NCBI GenBank assembly: GCA_964510585.1
Contig: CAZECW010000058.1
Span: 11,038 to 43,037, forward strand
Source: an uncultured archaeon
Lineage (GTDB): Archaea; Asgardarchaeota; Jordiarchaeia; Jordiarchaeales; Jordiarchaeaceae
Direction of reading: 5' to 3'
Length of the DNA stretch: 32,000 nucleotides
The notes beneath the pieces were generated by a model. That model did not search any database and was not told the origin of the DNA. It saw only the letters and a program-made list of their open reading frames with translations. Positions within the stretch are counted from its first letter, which is position 1, and every line of letters starts with the position of its first letter. This document shows, in pieces, positions 9,673 through 19,317 of this stretch. The position numbers and the translations under genes are program-made.

Positions 9673-10554
9673 TTAGACTAGTTCTTTGAGGTAGATGAAG
9701 TGTTTTCCGAGTTGTCCTCCATAGTTTCCTGCGGTGATCTTTTTTATTCCGGGCATGTTTTTGACTGTTTTTATTCCTACAGACATTGCTTTTTTTACGA
9801 GGTCGAGTGTGAGTCCGTTGATTACGATTTCGAAGACGCTGTTTACGTCGCCGGGTAGTTCGGAGTCTTCTATTTGCCCTTTTAGTGTGGGGCAGTATTT
9901 CTGGTTTGTTGTGGCGTGCATAAACTTGTATTTTAGTGATCCTACTTTGCTTCCGCTTCTACATATTCCTCCGGGGAAGGGTAGGATTACTTTGTCTATT
10001 TTTTGTATTTCCTCTACTGCGGCTTCTGCTGCGGCTAGTCCTTGGTCTTCGGTTTGTGCTAGTATGAAGAAGTTTCCTCCCGCTATTCCTTTTTTGGCGC
10101 CGAAGTCCTTCTCTATTATGAAGTCTCCTTCCATTACAGGTATCTTGTATACTTCTTTACCAGCTACTTCTCCCTTTTTTTGGAATCCGTCGCCAAAGTA
10201 TTTCATTTTGTTTCCAGTATCGAATACTACTTCTGGCTCTTCTCCTAGGGCGTCAAAAACGGCGGTTGTGGGGCAGGTGAGGATGCACTGTCCCACCCGG
10301 TCTATGAGGACTTGTTCGAGGTTCTTTTTTGAAGCGCAGAACATCACAATTGCTCCTGGGCGTTTGTCTGGTGTTTCTGTTGCGGGAACCATTTTGTCGA
10401 TGCCCGCCTCGCAGGGGCAGCCTATAGTTGATGTTGCGAAGCCTGTAGAAACGTTTGCGGCTGTTCTTGCCCATTTCTCATTTTTTGCTGTTATTAAGAT
10501 TCTACTCATCCAGAGATTAAAGCATTCAGCAAAAGTGTCAACAATTTCCGCCAA
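9673..10554 (-). CDS. ftr: Formylmethanofuran:H4MPT formyltransferase
   Basis: IVDTFAE, GFATSTIGCPCEAG, IGQC-like VGQCILTCPTTAVF, GGNF, FPGGICRSGSKVGS, AGNYGGQLG; TTG start with GGAGG 9 nt upstream. Confidence 0.96.
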   Translation of the reverse strand: MAEIVDTFAECFNLWMSRILITAKNEKWARTAANVSTGFATSTIGCPCEAGIDKMVPATETPDKRPGAIVMFCASKKNLEQVLIDRVGQCILTCPTTAVFDALGEEPEVVFDTGNKMKYFGDGFQKKGEVAGKEVYKIPVMEGDFIIEKDFGAKKGIAGGNFFILAQTEDQGLAAAEAAVEEIQKIDKVILPFPGGICRSGSKVGSLKYKFMHATTNQKYCPTLKGQIEDSELPGDVNSVFEIVINGLTLDLVKKAMSVGIKTVKNMPGIKKITAGNYGGQLGKHFIYLKELV

Positions 10555-10803
10555 AAATCATAACCTCCGCTTTTATAATATCTTATCTCCATAAATCAGT
10601 TGTCATGGATTTATTTTTTTCTCCGAAAACCGACATTGAGTTTTAATATTGATCGCCATAGCTTTTAAGCTGTTTGTGTATGAAAAAAAGGCATAGTAAA
10701 CTCTGAAACTGACTCTAAAAGTGTATTTTTAGGGGTATAATATTTTTATATTTGTTTCCTGAAAGGCTGTATATAATTGTAATTTGTGATAGATGGTGGT
10801 ATT

Positions 10804-11637
10804 ATGGATGTTGTCAAAATAGGTTTTGTAAAGGTGGGAAACATTGGAAGCGCTCCACTACTAGAGTTCCTCTTGGATGAGAGAGCCGACAGAAACGATA
10901 TTGATGTTCGGGTAGTTGGTTCAGGAGCAAAACTTAATCCAGAGCAAGCTGAGGAAGTAGCTAGAAAAATTCTGGATTTCAAACCAAATCTTGTGATTAC
11001 TGTAAGTCCAAATGCGGCACTACCCGGCCCCGGAAAGGTTCGAGAAATAATGGCAGACGCAGGCATTCCTCTAATAGTGGTTTCGGACGCTCCGGGGAAA
11101 AAGATTAAGGAGGATGTGGAGGCTAAAAATCAGGGATACATAATTGTGAACGCCGATGCAATGATAGGAGCAAGGAGAGAATTCTTAGACCCCACGGAGA
11201 TGGCTATATTTAACGCAGACATCATAAAAGTTCTAGCTGCCACGGGCGCCTTCTCTGTGATATATCAGGAGATAGACAAAGTAATTGAACAGATAAAGAA
11301 GGGAGAGAAGCCAGAACTCCCAAGAATTATTATTACCAAGAATAAGGCAGTAGACGCTTTAAACTTCCAGAATCCTTACGCCTACGCAAAAGCCTTAGCT
11401 GCTTACGAAATCGCAAGCGCAGTTGCAGACTTGAATGTTGAAGGATGCTTCAAACTACAGGAAGCAGAAAAGTACATACCAATAGTTGCAGGTGCACATG
11501 AAATGATGAGAGTAGCAGCAAAACTAGCTGACGAGGCAAGAGAACTTGAAAAAACAGGAGACACTGTAATTAGGCGACCTCACAAGAAATCAGGAGAAAT
11601 ACTAACAAAAACCGCTCTACTTCAAAAACCATCCTAG
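10804..11637 (+). CDS. mtd: F420-dependent methylene-H4MPT dehydrogenase
   Basis: KVGNIG, LLDERADRNDIDVRVVGSGAK, SPNAALPGP, MIGARREFLDPTEMA, AHEMMR. ATG 10804 chosen; open from 10786. Confidence 0.96.
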   Translation: MDVVKIGFVKVGNIGSAPLLEFLLDERADRNDIDVRVVGSGAKLNPEQAEEVARKILDFKPNLVITVSPNAALPGPGKVREIMADAGIPLIVVSDAPGKKIKEDVEAKNQGYIIVNADAMIGARREFLDPTEMAIFNADIIKVLAATGAFSVIYQEIDKVIEQIKKGEKPELPRIIITKNKAVDALNFQNPYAYAKALAAYEIASAVADLNVEGCFKLQEAEKYIPIVAGAHEMMRVAAKLADEARELEKTGDTVIRRPHKKSGEILTKTALLQKPS

Positions 11638-11988
11638 ATTTCCTTCCCATTTTTAATTTCCAAAACCCCAAAAACTTAGTTTATTTGCACCCTCTTTTTC
11701 CCTACAACCAGGGTTATTAGTAATTAGGTTTTTCCTAGTTTTCCGAGTATGTATATGCTTAAAAAGATATAAGCATATAATTTAAATATTATTTAATGTA
11801 ATAAATTATGAGTGTTCACATTTCGACTCCTCCATAAAAGAATAAGGAATAAAAAAGGTTGAATTGAAAAACGATTGTAAAAAAGGTTCACAAAAAATTG
11901 ATAAATATGTATTGGATAGGGGTGAAAACCAAAACAAGACTGAAAAATGAGCGACAAATAAAAATTTAGTCGTGTTAAATTTCTGAAG

Positions 11989-13197
11989 GTGTTAGAAGTG
12001 AATCTGGAAGTAACAAAAGCTTTTGGTTTACCTCCTTCCCAGCTACCAATGGAAATGGTTGAACGTAAGGGCAAAGGACACCCAGATTCAATATGTGACA
12101 GAGCCTCAGAGGAACTAAGTATAGCACTTAGCAAGTATTACCTTGAAAACTTTGGGCGGGTATTACACCACAACGTTGATAAATGTGTACTAGTCGGTGG
12201 GCAGTCCAACGCCAGATTGGGCGGAGGGGAGATTCTCGAACCCATATACCTACTTTTGGTAGGCAGAGCGACGGCGCAGGTGGGAAACGATCCTTCAAAA
12301 AAAGTTCCCATTGGAAAGTTTGCTGTAGGACATACAAAAGAATGGATGGCCAAAGAATTTCCACATCTCAATGTTACAAGTGACATAATAGTGGACTACA
12401 AAATTAAGCCTGGCAGCGCTGATCTAGTAGGAAACTTTGAACAGGCACCCGAAATACCCAGAGCCAACGACACAAGTTTCGGAGTGGCTTTTGCGCCATT
12501 CACAGAAACCGAGAATCTAGTGTATCAAACAGAAAAATTTCTTAACTCGCCTGAATGTAAGAAGAGATGCCCCGCCATCGGTGAGGACATAAAGGTCATG
12601 GGAGTAAGACGCCACAATACAATCAACCTAACAATAGCAGCGGCGATAATTTCCAGCGAAACACCAGACAAAGACAGCTACATAAATGTCAAAGAAGAAA
12701 TCAAGAACATCGCACTAGACTTAGCCTCAAAAATCACAGAGATGGACGTAAACGTGCATGTAAACACGGCGGACGTGATTAAAAGCGATTTAATGTATCT
12801 AACAGTTACTGGCACCTCGGCGGAGCATGGTGACGATGGACAAGTAGGTAGAGGAAACCGAGCCAACGGATTAATCACACCCTACAGACCCATGACTCTG
12901 GAAGCCGCGGCGGGAAAGAACCCAGTAACACATGTCGGCAAAACATACAATACAGCTGCAAGAAGAATAGCGGATACACTAGTTAAAGAAGAACCAAAAG
13001 TGGAAAACGTCTCCGTATACATCGTAAGCCAGATAGGAGCCCCAATCACTGAACCACAAGGAATAAACATAGAGATAAACATGAACGGATCAATAAACAC
13101 TGTTAAGAGTACAGCGGAAGCCATAGCTGAAGAAGTAATGCAGGATATGCCCAACATCTGGAAGGGCTTTATGGAAAGAAAATACGAGCTGTTCTAG
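11989..13197 (+). CDS. mat: Archaeal S-adenosylmethionine synthetase
   Basis: EMVERKGKGHPDSICD, HHNVDK, NDTSFGV, GEDIKVMG, SAEHGDDGQVGRGNR, AGKNPVTHVGK. Confidence 0.96.
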   Translation: MLEVNLEVTKAFGLPPSQLPMEMVERKGKGHPDSICDRASEELSIALSKYYLENFGRVLHHNVDKCVLVGGQSNARLGGGEILEPIYLLLVGRATAQVGNDPSKKVPIGKFAVGHTKEWMAKEFPHLNVTSDIIVDYKIKPGSADLVGNFEQAPEIPRANDTSFGVAFAPFTETENLVYQTEKFLNSPECKKRCPAIGEDIKVMGVRRHNTINLTIAAAIISSETPDKDSYINVKEEIKNIALDLASKITEMDVNVHVNTADVIKSDLMYLTVTGTSAEHGDDGQVGRGNRANGLITPYRPMTLEAAAGKNPVTHVGKTYNTAARRIADTLVKEEPKVENVSVYIVSQIGAPITEPQGINIEINMNGSINTVKSTAEAIAEEVMQDMPNIWKGFMERKYELF

Positions 13198-13435
13198 GGA
13201 GACAAAGCCATTTCGACCAAAATAAAAAACACTCCCTCCTACTTTAAATAGTATTTATTACCTTTTCATAGATAGCTGAAAACAAGTTTCCTTCTTTTAA
13301 ACTTATTTTAAACATATGTATAAATTTGAGACGAATTATTTTTTGAAAATTAAAAATAGCTAATTTATGAGGATTTGGAAATTAGATGAAGTGAGGGTAG
13401 TTTGGGTAGGATTAGTAGAAAGGGTGTTTTTGTTT

Positions 13436-14398
13436 TTAGATTTCATTTGTTTTTTTAAGCAGAGGGATGTCTATTTTGCCAGCTACATGGGATTTGCCGG
13501 TTTTAATGTTGTTTACCAGTATGCTTGCTGGTGCAAATATTCCTGGATCAATCTTGTAGAAGTCAAAGCCTGCTTCCTTGAATATCTGGTAGAATGGCTT
13601 GCCATAACTCTTTGAAGCACTGGAGGGAGTTTTCTTCACTATTTCAGCTAGCTCCTCATCATTATCTGAATCAACAAAAAGAGTAACGTGTCCCGCAGCT
13701 ATAATTTGATCGTTGGTCCTACCCATAGCTTTCGTGCTATCAGGATGTACTGGAGCAACGGGTGCGCAACCACTGGCGTAAATAATCTTTTTGGGATCCA
13801 AGCCCACTTCCGATATCTTATGTATACCGGTCTCTACTACTCTTCCCGAAATTTGAATTGAACCCACGATACTACTCGTTGGAGCCACAACTATGTTCAC
13901 TTGGCTGGTTTTAACGTTGCATCCCTCAGCAATCACTTCCACGACTTCATCGTTGGGCAACTTATCCGCCTCGAGAAAAAGCACTGCAACATCCGCCTTA
14001 TCCTCATAGTCAATCTCTTTGTATAATTTCTTGGGCTTTAACGAAAGCGCTCTCGCTGGACCTGAGCCCATGCCGAAAAATTTTTCTTTCTTGTCTACGA
14101 TTCTCCAGCCTGCAAACTGTGAGCCGAGGGTAGAGATAGGAGGATAACTTGTGGAAACCATAATAGAAGGGAGGAAAACATCTCCATACTGGGCGGTAAC
14201 CACATTAGCCTTTCCCAAACCCCCTAAACAAATTTCTGTGGCCATTTCCCCTGCGGCAATACTCCCCTTAGCATTAATCCCAGCGTCAATTATATGCGCA
14301 CCATCACCGGTTTTAAATACGTTAACCTGAAGAAGTTCATTGTTCTCCACCATTTTGTCAAATAACATCTTGGCTTGTTGGTTCACACTGACAACCAA
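13436..14398 (-). CDS. mch: Methenyl-H4MPT cyclohydrolase
   Basis: SVNQQA, IDAG, ICLGGLG, LGSQFAGW, GSGPARAL, APTSSIVGSIQISGRVVETG, AMGRTND, FYKIDPGIFAPA. Confidence 0.96.
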   Translation of the reverse strand: MVVSVNQQAKMLFDKMVENNELLQVNVFKTGDGAHIIDAGINAKGSIAAGEMATEICLGGLGKANVVTAQYGDVFLPSIMVSTSYPPISTLGSQFAGWRIVDKKEKFFGMGSGPARALSLKPKKLYKEIDYEDKADVAVLFLEADKLPNDEVVEVIAEGCNVKTSQVNIVVAPTSSIVGSIQISGRVVETGIHKISEVGLDPKKIIYASGCAPVAPVHPDSTKAMGRTNDQIIAAGHVTLFVDSDNDEELAEIVKKTPSSASKSYGKPFYQIFKEAGFDFYKIDPGIFAPASILVNNIKTGKSHVAGKIDIPLLKKTNEI

Positions 14399-14411
14399 TT
14401 TAATTACCCCT

Positions 14412-15239
14412 TTAGATTTTTATATGTGGATTCTTATCCTTTGATATGTAAATTGAGCCCTTACCTTCCTCTGAAAGGTCTCCAGAAAACCTCAGAAAAG
14501 GTCCCTTAACCTTTTGACCGTCTAAATCCAGTTCTGGCACCTCTTCCTCGAACTTGAAGGTTGGCAACAGCTCAGACACTTTTCCGAGGATAATAATCTT
14601 ACCCTTAGTCATTTCCGCGCCGGCACGCTCTTGAGCATCACCGTAAATCACAATTTCGCCACCTGACATATTTAAACCTGCAAAGGGACCAATATTTCCC
14701 TTAACCACAACCTTTCCATCAGCCATACGAGACGCTACTTCGCTACCTGCATTACCTTCAACAATAATAGTACCAAAAATTCCCTTCTCAAGCCGGGTCA
14801 TGCCCTCATAAGAACCGCGGTAGGCTGCACCCAGATAGTTTCCAGCGTTTCCCTTAATGTGAAGTTCACCAGCCTGCATTTCAGCTCCAGCCCAGTGGTC
14901 AGCGTCTCCCTCAACTATTATTTTACCACCTTTCATCATTGCACCAACATGCATTCCAACTTTGCCCTTAATAATAATCTCACCTGCAGTCATACCTTGC
15001 CCGATACGCTTAGCAGTCGGGACGTCACCCTTAATTACAATCGAGGTCTCCCCAGCGGACGCTCCACTCTCACCGGATACCTTGAAAAGATCGCCGAGCT
15101 TCTTTTGCCGGTTACCTCTCCAAACTTCAATCTTCTTAATATCCTCAATACTCTTACCCGCAAAATTGTCAGGGGAGATACCCTCAGCTTCGATGGGAAC
15201 CTTAGGCTGCTCCGAAGGGATCAACTCAACTGTCTTCAA
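14412..15239 (-). CDS. fwdC: Formylmethanofuran dehydrogenase subunit C
   Basis: GXGXG beta-helix repeats (IGQGMTAGEIIIKG, VGAMMKGGKIIVEG, FLRFSGDLSE). TTG start at 15239 inferred from GAGGTG; open from 15272. Confidence 0.93.
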   Translation of the reverse strand: MKTVELIPSEQPKVPIEAEGISPDNFAGKSIEDIKKIEVWRGNRQKKLGDLFKVSGESGASAGETSIVIKGDVPTAKRIGQGMTAGEIIIKGKVGMHVGAMMKGGKIIVEGDADHWAGAEMQAGELHIKGNAGNYLGAAYRGSYEGMTRLEKGIFGTIIVEGNAGSEVASRMADGKVVVKGNIGPFAGLNMSGGEIVIYGDAQERAGAEMTKGKIIILGKVSELLPTFKFEEEVPELDLDGQKVKGPFLRFSGDLSEEGKGSIYISKDKNPHIKI

Positions 15240-15258
15240 CCACACCACCTCTTTCAAC

Positions 15259-16968
15259 CTAGTTAGAGTCACCTAAGGTGATAGCCATAGACTTGGGTAA
15301 ATATTCCATTTGAACTGGATAATTACGGAGAGTCACACTGTAATGATAAGTGAAACGGTATTTGAGATCATCTAATATGGAAGCTTCCTGCTCCTTAGGC
15401 AAGTGAACATCAACCCAAATAGTCTTACCAAAGGGAGAAGCAACTACCTTGCCATCCTTAACCACAACCATTCCGTCCTTCACGGTGTAAGCAGCGTTTC
15501 CAAGTGCCTTCTCTAACTTCTTATAATCTGCTGAAGCATTCATCTTAACCGGGTCAAAGTTATAAATAGCAACATCTCCATCTGCGCCCACGCCCAGATG
15601 ACCCTTATTCTTCAGGCCCAGAAGCTTTGCAGTTGCAGCCCTAGAAACAATGGCAAGCTCGCCAAAACTATACTCCCGATCAAAATCTGGCAACTTAGTC
15701 TTCTGAGAAGCAGTACTGTGAACTTTCTCCAACATATCCTTACGAGCAGACTTGCTCATAAGCCAAGAGAAAAACGTTGGATATTTAAAGAAGGGCCCAC
15801 CATTAGGGTGGTCTGTAGTAGCACAAACCTTCCAAGGATCTTTAATACCTAACAAAAGCTCTAAACCAATAGCCCACTGGACTGCATTCACAGGATTCTT
15901 GCGCCTAAACTCGTAAGGCACTACACCAGAACTAGTTTCCAGCTCCACATCTGCATTAGTCCACTTCTGATGATTAATACCCTGCAAAGCATACTCCCAA
16001 GGGCCGTCAGCTGTCATAGTTGTTGTATCTCCGAATATTACTTGTCCCACATCTATAGTTATGTGGTCGTGTTTGTTAATATATTCTATTATAGGTTCTG
16101 CCCCGGATGCAAAATTCTGCCAACTATCACCCGCATACGCGTTGAATTGACAGTGTGTGAAATGCATCACATTTTTTCTTCCAGTTGCAGCATTAATCTT
16201 TTTCACAGTATCGAATGTCTCTAATGTAATTTCATAATTTCCGGGATGCCCCAAGTTGTTTCCATGTACGTGTATGGTGTGGGGTAGTCCAAGTTTTTCG
16301 TTTGCCCAAGCCAATCCTTCAATTATTTGTCTGGGTGAAATTTCAAAGTATGTTACGGGATCATCAAGACTGTTTACGTTTTTGCCCCATCCCCAGTTCT
16401 CGTCTCCCCCAGGATTTACTATCTTTACCGCGAAACCTTTTGCGGCTCTAAGCAGCCAAGCTATGAAAGCAACCAGTTTTTCCGTTTCCCTATTCACTAT
16501 GTAGTCGAATACGAACCAGTTGTTTCCAAGTAAGGGGAAACACGCTTTATCAATTATGGGAATATCATTTAGTTCTTCATGTGTGTGGCGAGCTTTGAGT
16601 GGAGGCATAGCTGGTTCAAAGGCAGTTGTATAGCCCAGCTGAGCATATCTATACCCGGTTACGAAGGTCGTTGGCACAGAGTAACCTGTTCCGGATCTAA
16701 GTCCTGGAGCCTTTGGTACTACGTCTTTCCTATGGTCTTCTGGCCTCAATATTCGGCCGGTGTTTACTTTGGCTCCCGCTATGTGAGTATGAATATCAAC
16801 TCCGCCGGGCATTACCACCATACCGCTTGCATCAATAATTTGTGCTTTTTTGGATAATTTGCTGGCTTCTACAACTTTTCCATCCTTTATCGCAATATCC
16901 ATTTTTTCTCCGTCTATTTTGTTAAGAGGATCGTAAACATAACCGTTTTTTATCAAGAGTTCTGCCAT
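15259..16968 (-). CDS. fwdA: Formylmethanofuran dehydrogenase subunit A (amidohydrolase)
   Basis: GGVDIHTHIAG, PTTFVTGYRYA, KIVNPGG, IHVHGNNLG, TDHPNGGPF. ATG 16968 chosen; open from 17001. Confidence 0.96.
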   Translation of the reverse strand: MAELLIKNGYVYDPLNKIDGEKMDIAIKDGKVVEASKLSKKAQIIDASGMVVMPGGVDIHTHIAGAKVNTGRILRPEDHRKDVVPKAPGLRSGTGYSVPTTFVTGYRYAQLGYTTAFEPAMPPLKARHTHEELNDIPIIDKACFPLLGNNWFVFDYIVNRETEKLVAFIAWLLRAAKGFAVKIVNPGGDENWGWGKNVNSLDDPVTYFEISPRQIIEGLAWANEKLGLPHTIHVHGNNLGHPGNYEITLETFDTVKKINAATGRKNVMHFTHCQFNAYAGDSWQNFASGAEPIIEYINKHDHITIDVGQVIFGDTTTMTADGPWEYALQGINHQKWTNADVELETSSGVVPYEFRRKNPVNAVQWAIGLELLLGIKDPWKVCATTDHPNGGPFFKYPTFFSWLMSKSARKDMLEKVHSTASQKTKLPDFDREYSFGELAIVSRAATAKLLGLKNKGHLGVGADGDVAIYNFDPVKMNASADYKKLEKALGNAAYTVKDGMVVVKDGKVVASPFGKTIWVDVHLPKEQEASILDDLKYRFTYHYSVTLRNYPVQMEYLPKSMAITLGDSN

Positions 16969-17189
16969 TGAGCGTCCCTCAAGCCTTCTTTTAGCCTTCA
17001 CAACATATTCCGAATCATTATTTATCTTTTTTGTTAGATCTCCACTTGTTTTTATTTAAAACCAAATCAACAATAATTACCTCGAGTTTGCAAATCTTAT
17101 TTGGGCTGGTTTCGCTTCAATAGATTGGTTTTGGCTAAAACTTTTCGGCTTCCCCTTTAAAAATAATATGATAATCACGCCTTTTTTAC

Positions 17190-17520
17190 AAGACGAGTGC
17201 CCAGAAAGCCCCCGATTTTAATCGCGGGGATGAATGGACAAAAGACTTAGTTTTTCCGGTAAACAGTATATATTGGATGTAGCTCGGATGTCCAAAAGCT
17301 CGAATAAGGCTCCAAGCCGAGACAAGCAGAGAAGGTTCGAGCACAGACATAAATATTAAATATAGACTACCTCCATAAAGGTGGCGTTAACTGGGTGGTG
17401 GCACACCCATTGCAGATAGCCACTGAGCGGTGAAGGGATGAACGCTTAAACGAATGTATCCCCGAGTGTTGAAGGGGCTGTGTGCAAGAATCCCCCGACT
17501 TCAGTCGAGGTAAGTGTCAA
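17190..17520 (+). mobile_element. Non-autonomous IS200/IS605 mini-element (PATE-like), no tnpA/tnpB
   Basis: Left end: TTAC (17186-17189), then AAAG at +16..+19 and hairpin CCCC-CGATT-tt-AATCG-c-GGGG. Right end: GAAT (17488-17491), hairpin CGACT-tc-AGTCG, terminal TCAA (17517-17520). The AAAG/TTAC and GAAT/TCAA pairs are those of IS608. Internal reading ILNIDYLHKGGVNWVVAHPL resembles a TnpB C-terminal remnant. Confidence 0.88.
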
Positions 17521-17540
17521 TGAGGTAAAGTATCCAGCCA
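17365..17540 (+). ncRNA. Putative TnpB omega-RNA (reRNA) scaffold plus flanking guide
   Basis: Hairpin TGGGT(17392-96)/ACCCA(17405-09) whose loop TGGCAC can pair with terminal GTGTCA (17514-19); same fold in the copy at 31847-32000. The 5' boundary is uncertain. Confidence 0.6.
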
Positions 17541-17719
17541 GATTGGGGTGCATCTCCTTCTACATGATGCCTTTTCTGATTTCTATGCGCCATTTTATGT
17601 TAATTTTCATTACCTATCGTTTTTTAAGGATAGTATAAAAACGGTTTAGAATAAGTTTTGGGGCTTTAATTTGGTGGTGTACTTACGTGTAAGGAAAATA
17701 TTCTGTATTTTTATTTGCC

Positions 17720-17820
17720 ATGAAAAACTTTTTTCATATTTCTGTCTAAAACGCTTAAGCGTATGAATGTTTCCTATGAAAAACTTTTTTCATATTTTGT
17801 CTGAAACGCGTAAGCGTATG
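17720..17820. repeat. Two tandem 45-46 bp copies (period 56), each with two palindromes
   Basis: 17720-17765 and 17776-17820 differ by 2 substitutions and 1 indel; each holds ATGAAAAA-ct-TTTTTCAT and ACGCTTAAGCGT (ACGCGTAAGCGT in copy 2). Confidence 0.9.
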
Positions 17821-17887
17821 GGGTTTTTATGAATTATACAAAGGATGGAGAAAAGTTGTTTTAGGGATTTAAAAAATCTGGGGAGAT

Positions 17888-18562
17888 TTATGATGTTTTG
17901 GGTGTAGTTAGCTTTTCAACTATTTTGTCCCAGATATCTGTATGTTCGCCTTCTGAGAGCACTTTGGTTCTTTTTATTTCGAGGGCACCCTCTCCGGGGC
18001 AGGCTGTTACGCACAGTCCGCATAAGATGCATTTATTCTTGTCTACCTCTATTTTAGGGGGTTTGTCCCAAGGATGTTCACGTTTTGGTATTTTTATGGC
18101 TTCTGTAGGACAGATGAGTGCACAAGTGGCGCATCCTCCCGGGCATTTTTGGGGATGGGCTACAATTTCACCCTCAAAGTACTTTTTAGCAGTTTTTTCC
18201 TCATCTTTTGCTAGTTTTACCTTTTCGGCTTTAAGATTGGGTAGTGCGCCCCCTTCCACAACTATTAGCTTTGGCTCTTCGTTGATTAGGAGTTCAAGGG
18301 CTTCGAAGGGACAAAGATATACACAAATTCCACAAAAACTGCACTTCTTCTTGTCAACAAGCACAGAAGGCACATCGGACAATTCTTTCCCAGCGGCTCC
18401 GACCGGTCCTCTTTGGATGGCTTCCTTGGGGCAGACAGTTATGCATATTCCGCAACCTGTACACTTTTTTCTGTCAAGTATGAGTTTAGCGTCTACATCT
18501 ATCATTTTCATTTCAGTTACTATTTTGTCCTTTTCAATTTGTTGACCATAATACGGAAACAT
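17888..18562 (-). CDS. fwdF: FwdF-like polyferredoxin with 4 [4Fe-4S] motifs
   Basis: CTGCGICITVCP, CSFCGICVYLCP, CPGGCATCALICP, CILCGLCVTACP; in the fwd cluster; ATG 18562 with GGTGAG upstream (open from 18592). Confidence 0.75.
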   Translation of the reverse strand: MFPYYGQQIEKDKIVTEMKMIDVDAKLILDRKKCTGCGICITVCPKEAIQRGPVGAAGKELSDVPSVLVDKKKCSFCGICVYLCPFEALELLINEEPKLIVVEGGALPNLKAEKVKLAKDEEKTAKKYFEGEIVAHPQKCPGGCATCALICPTEAIKIPKREHPWDKPPKIEVDKNKCILCGLCVTACPGEGALEIKRTKVLSEGEHTDIWDKIVEKLTTPKTS

Positions 18563-18569
18563 TCTTTTC

Positions 18570-18830
18570 TCACCGTTCCTCAACGAGTTCAAGTTTTAAG
18601 CTCCTAGTGGAGCAAGCTTCTACACATACTCCGCAGCCATCGCATGCATCTGGATTCACTACTTCACATTTTCCATTGCGTACACGGAGCGTGTAGAGCT
18701 CCTCATTGGGATTGTTTTCCAGCCTCAGACGCTCATTTATTGGACAGGCGGTAACACAGTCACCACAACCGTTACATAGTCGAGTTCTTACGTGAATCCG
18801 GTAAACGTTTTTGCGGGTTTCAGTTTCCAT
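18570..18830 (-). CDS. fwdG: FwdG-like 2x[4Fe-4S] ferredoxin
   Basis: CNGCGDCVTACPIN and NPDACDGCGVCVEAC; 86 aa; directly upstream of the fwdF-like gene. Confidence 0.75.
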   Translation of the reverse strand: METETRKNVYRIHVRTRLCNGCGDCVTACPINERLRLENNPNEELYTLRVRNGKCEVVNPDACDGCGVCVEACSTRSLKLELVEER

Positions 18831-19317
18831 GGGAGTACCTCTCCTTTTTATAGTTTCTTAGATTTATAGAGTTATTTATTATTTTTTGCTGCCTTAGTGG
18901 TTGACATATTTCCGTCAGCCTACCAATAGATGGCAACTTTTGCATTAATTTTCCGCCGAAACATTGATTCAAGTTGTTTTTAAATTTATAGCTTTTTTTC
19001 TCATTATTAATGCTATTTTAGTTTCCGATAATGGTTCAGTAAAAGGTATTAACTTTATATCGGGAATTGCTTCTGTCTATTAGGGAATTTTGCTTCTGGT
19101 TTTGTTTCAGGCCCTGTTCATGGAAAAAGAGTAGTATGGGAAGATATATAGTTTAGATTTAATAAATAAGTTTAAAATTACAGAAACAAAAAGGGGTTTA
19201 GACCATTAATTCGAATTTTTTATCCCAATTTTTAAATACTGTTTTTAAGGCACATTTTTTAAGTGATACATTTATATTATGGTAACATTTGTTTTAGTAG
19301 AAGGTAAGGTGTTCCAC

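Noticed and set aside
11920-11929. 10-nt complement (GGGTGAAAAC) upstream of mat to the candidate ncRNA at 1260-1269
   Set aside because: A single 10-mer is expected by chance given the many segments compared; no flanking pairing.
17275-17350. tRNA-like sequence (GGATGTAGCTC...GGTTCGAG)
   Set aside because: No D-stem or acceptor-stem pairing and wrong spacing; lies inside the IS remnant.
17100-17610. Gene interrupted by the 17 kb mini-element
   Set aside because: Rejoining the flanks gives only short minus-strand frames (at most about 42 aa) with no recognisable motif.
17720-17820. Mini CRISPR array
   Set aside because: Only two 45-46 bp units with a 10-nt gap; no spacer-sized unique sequence and no cas genes.
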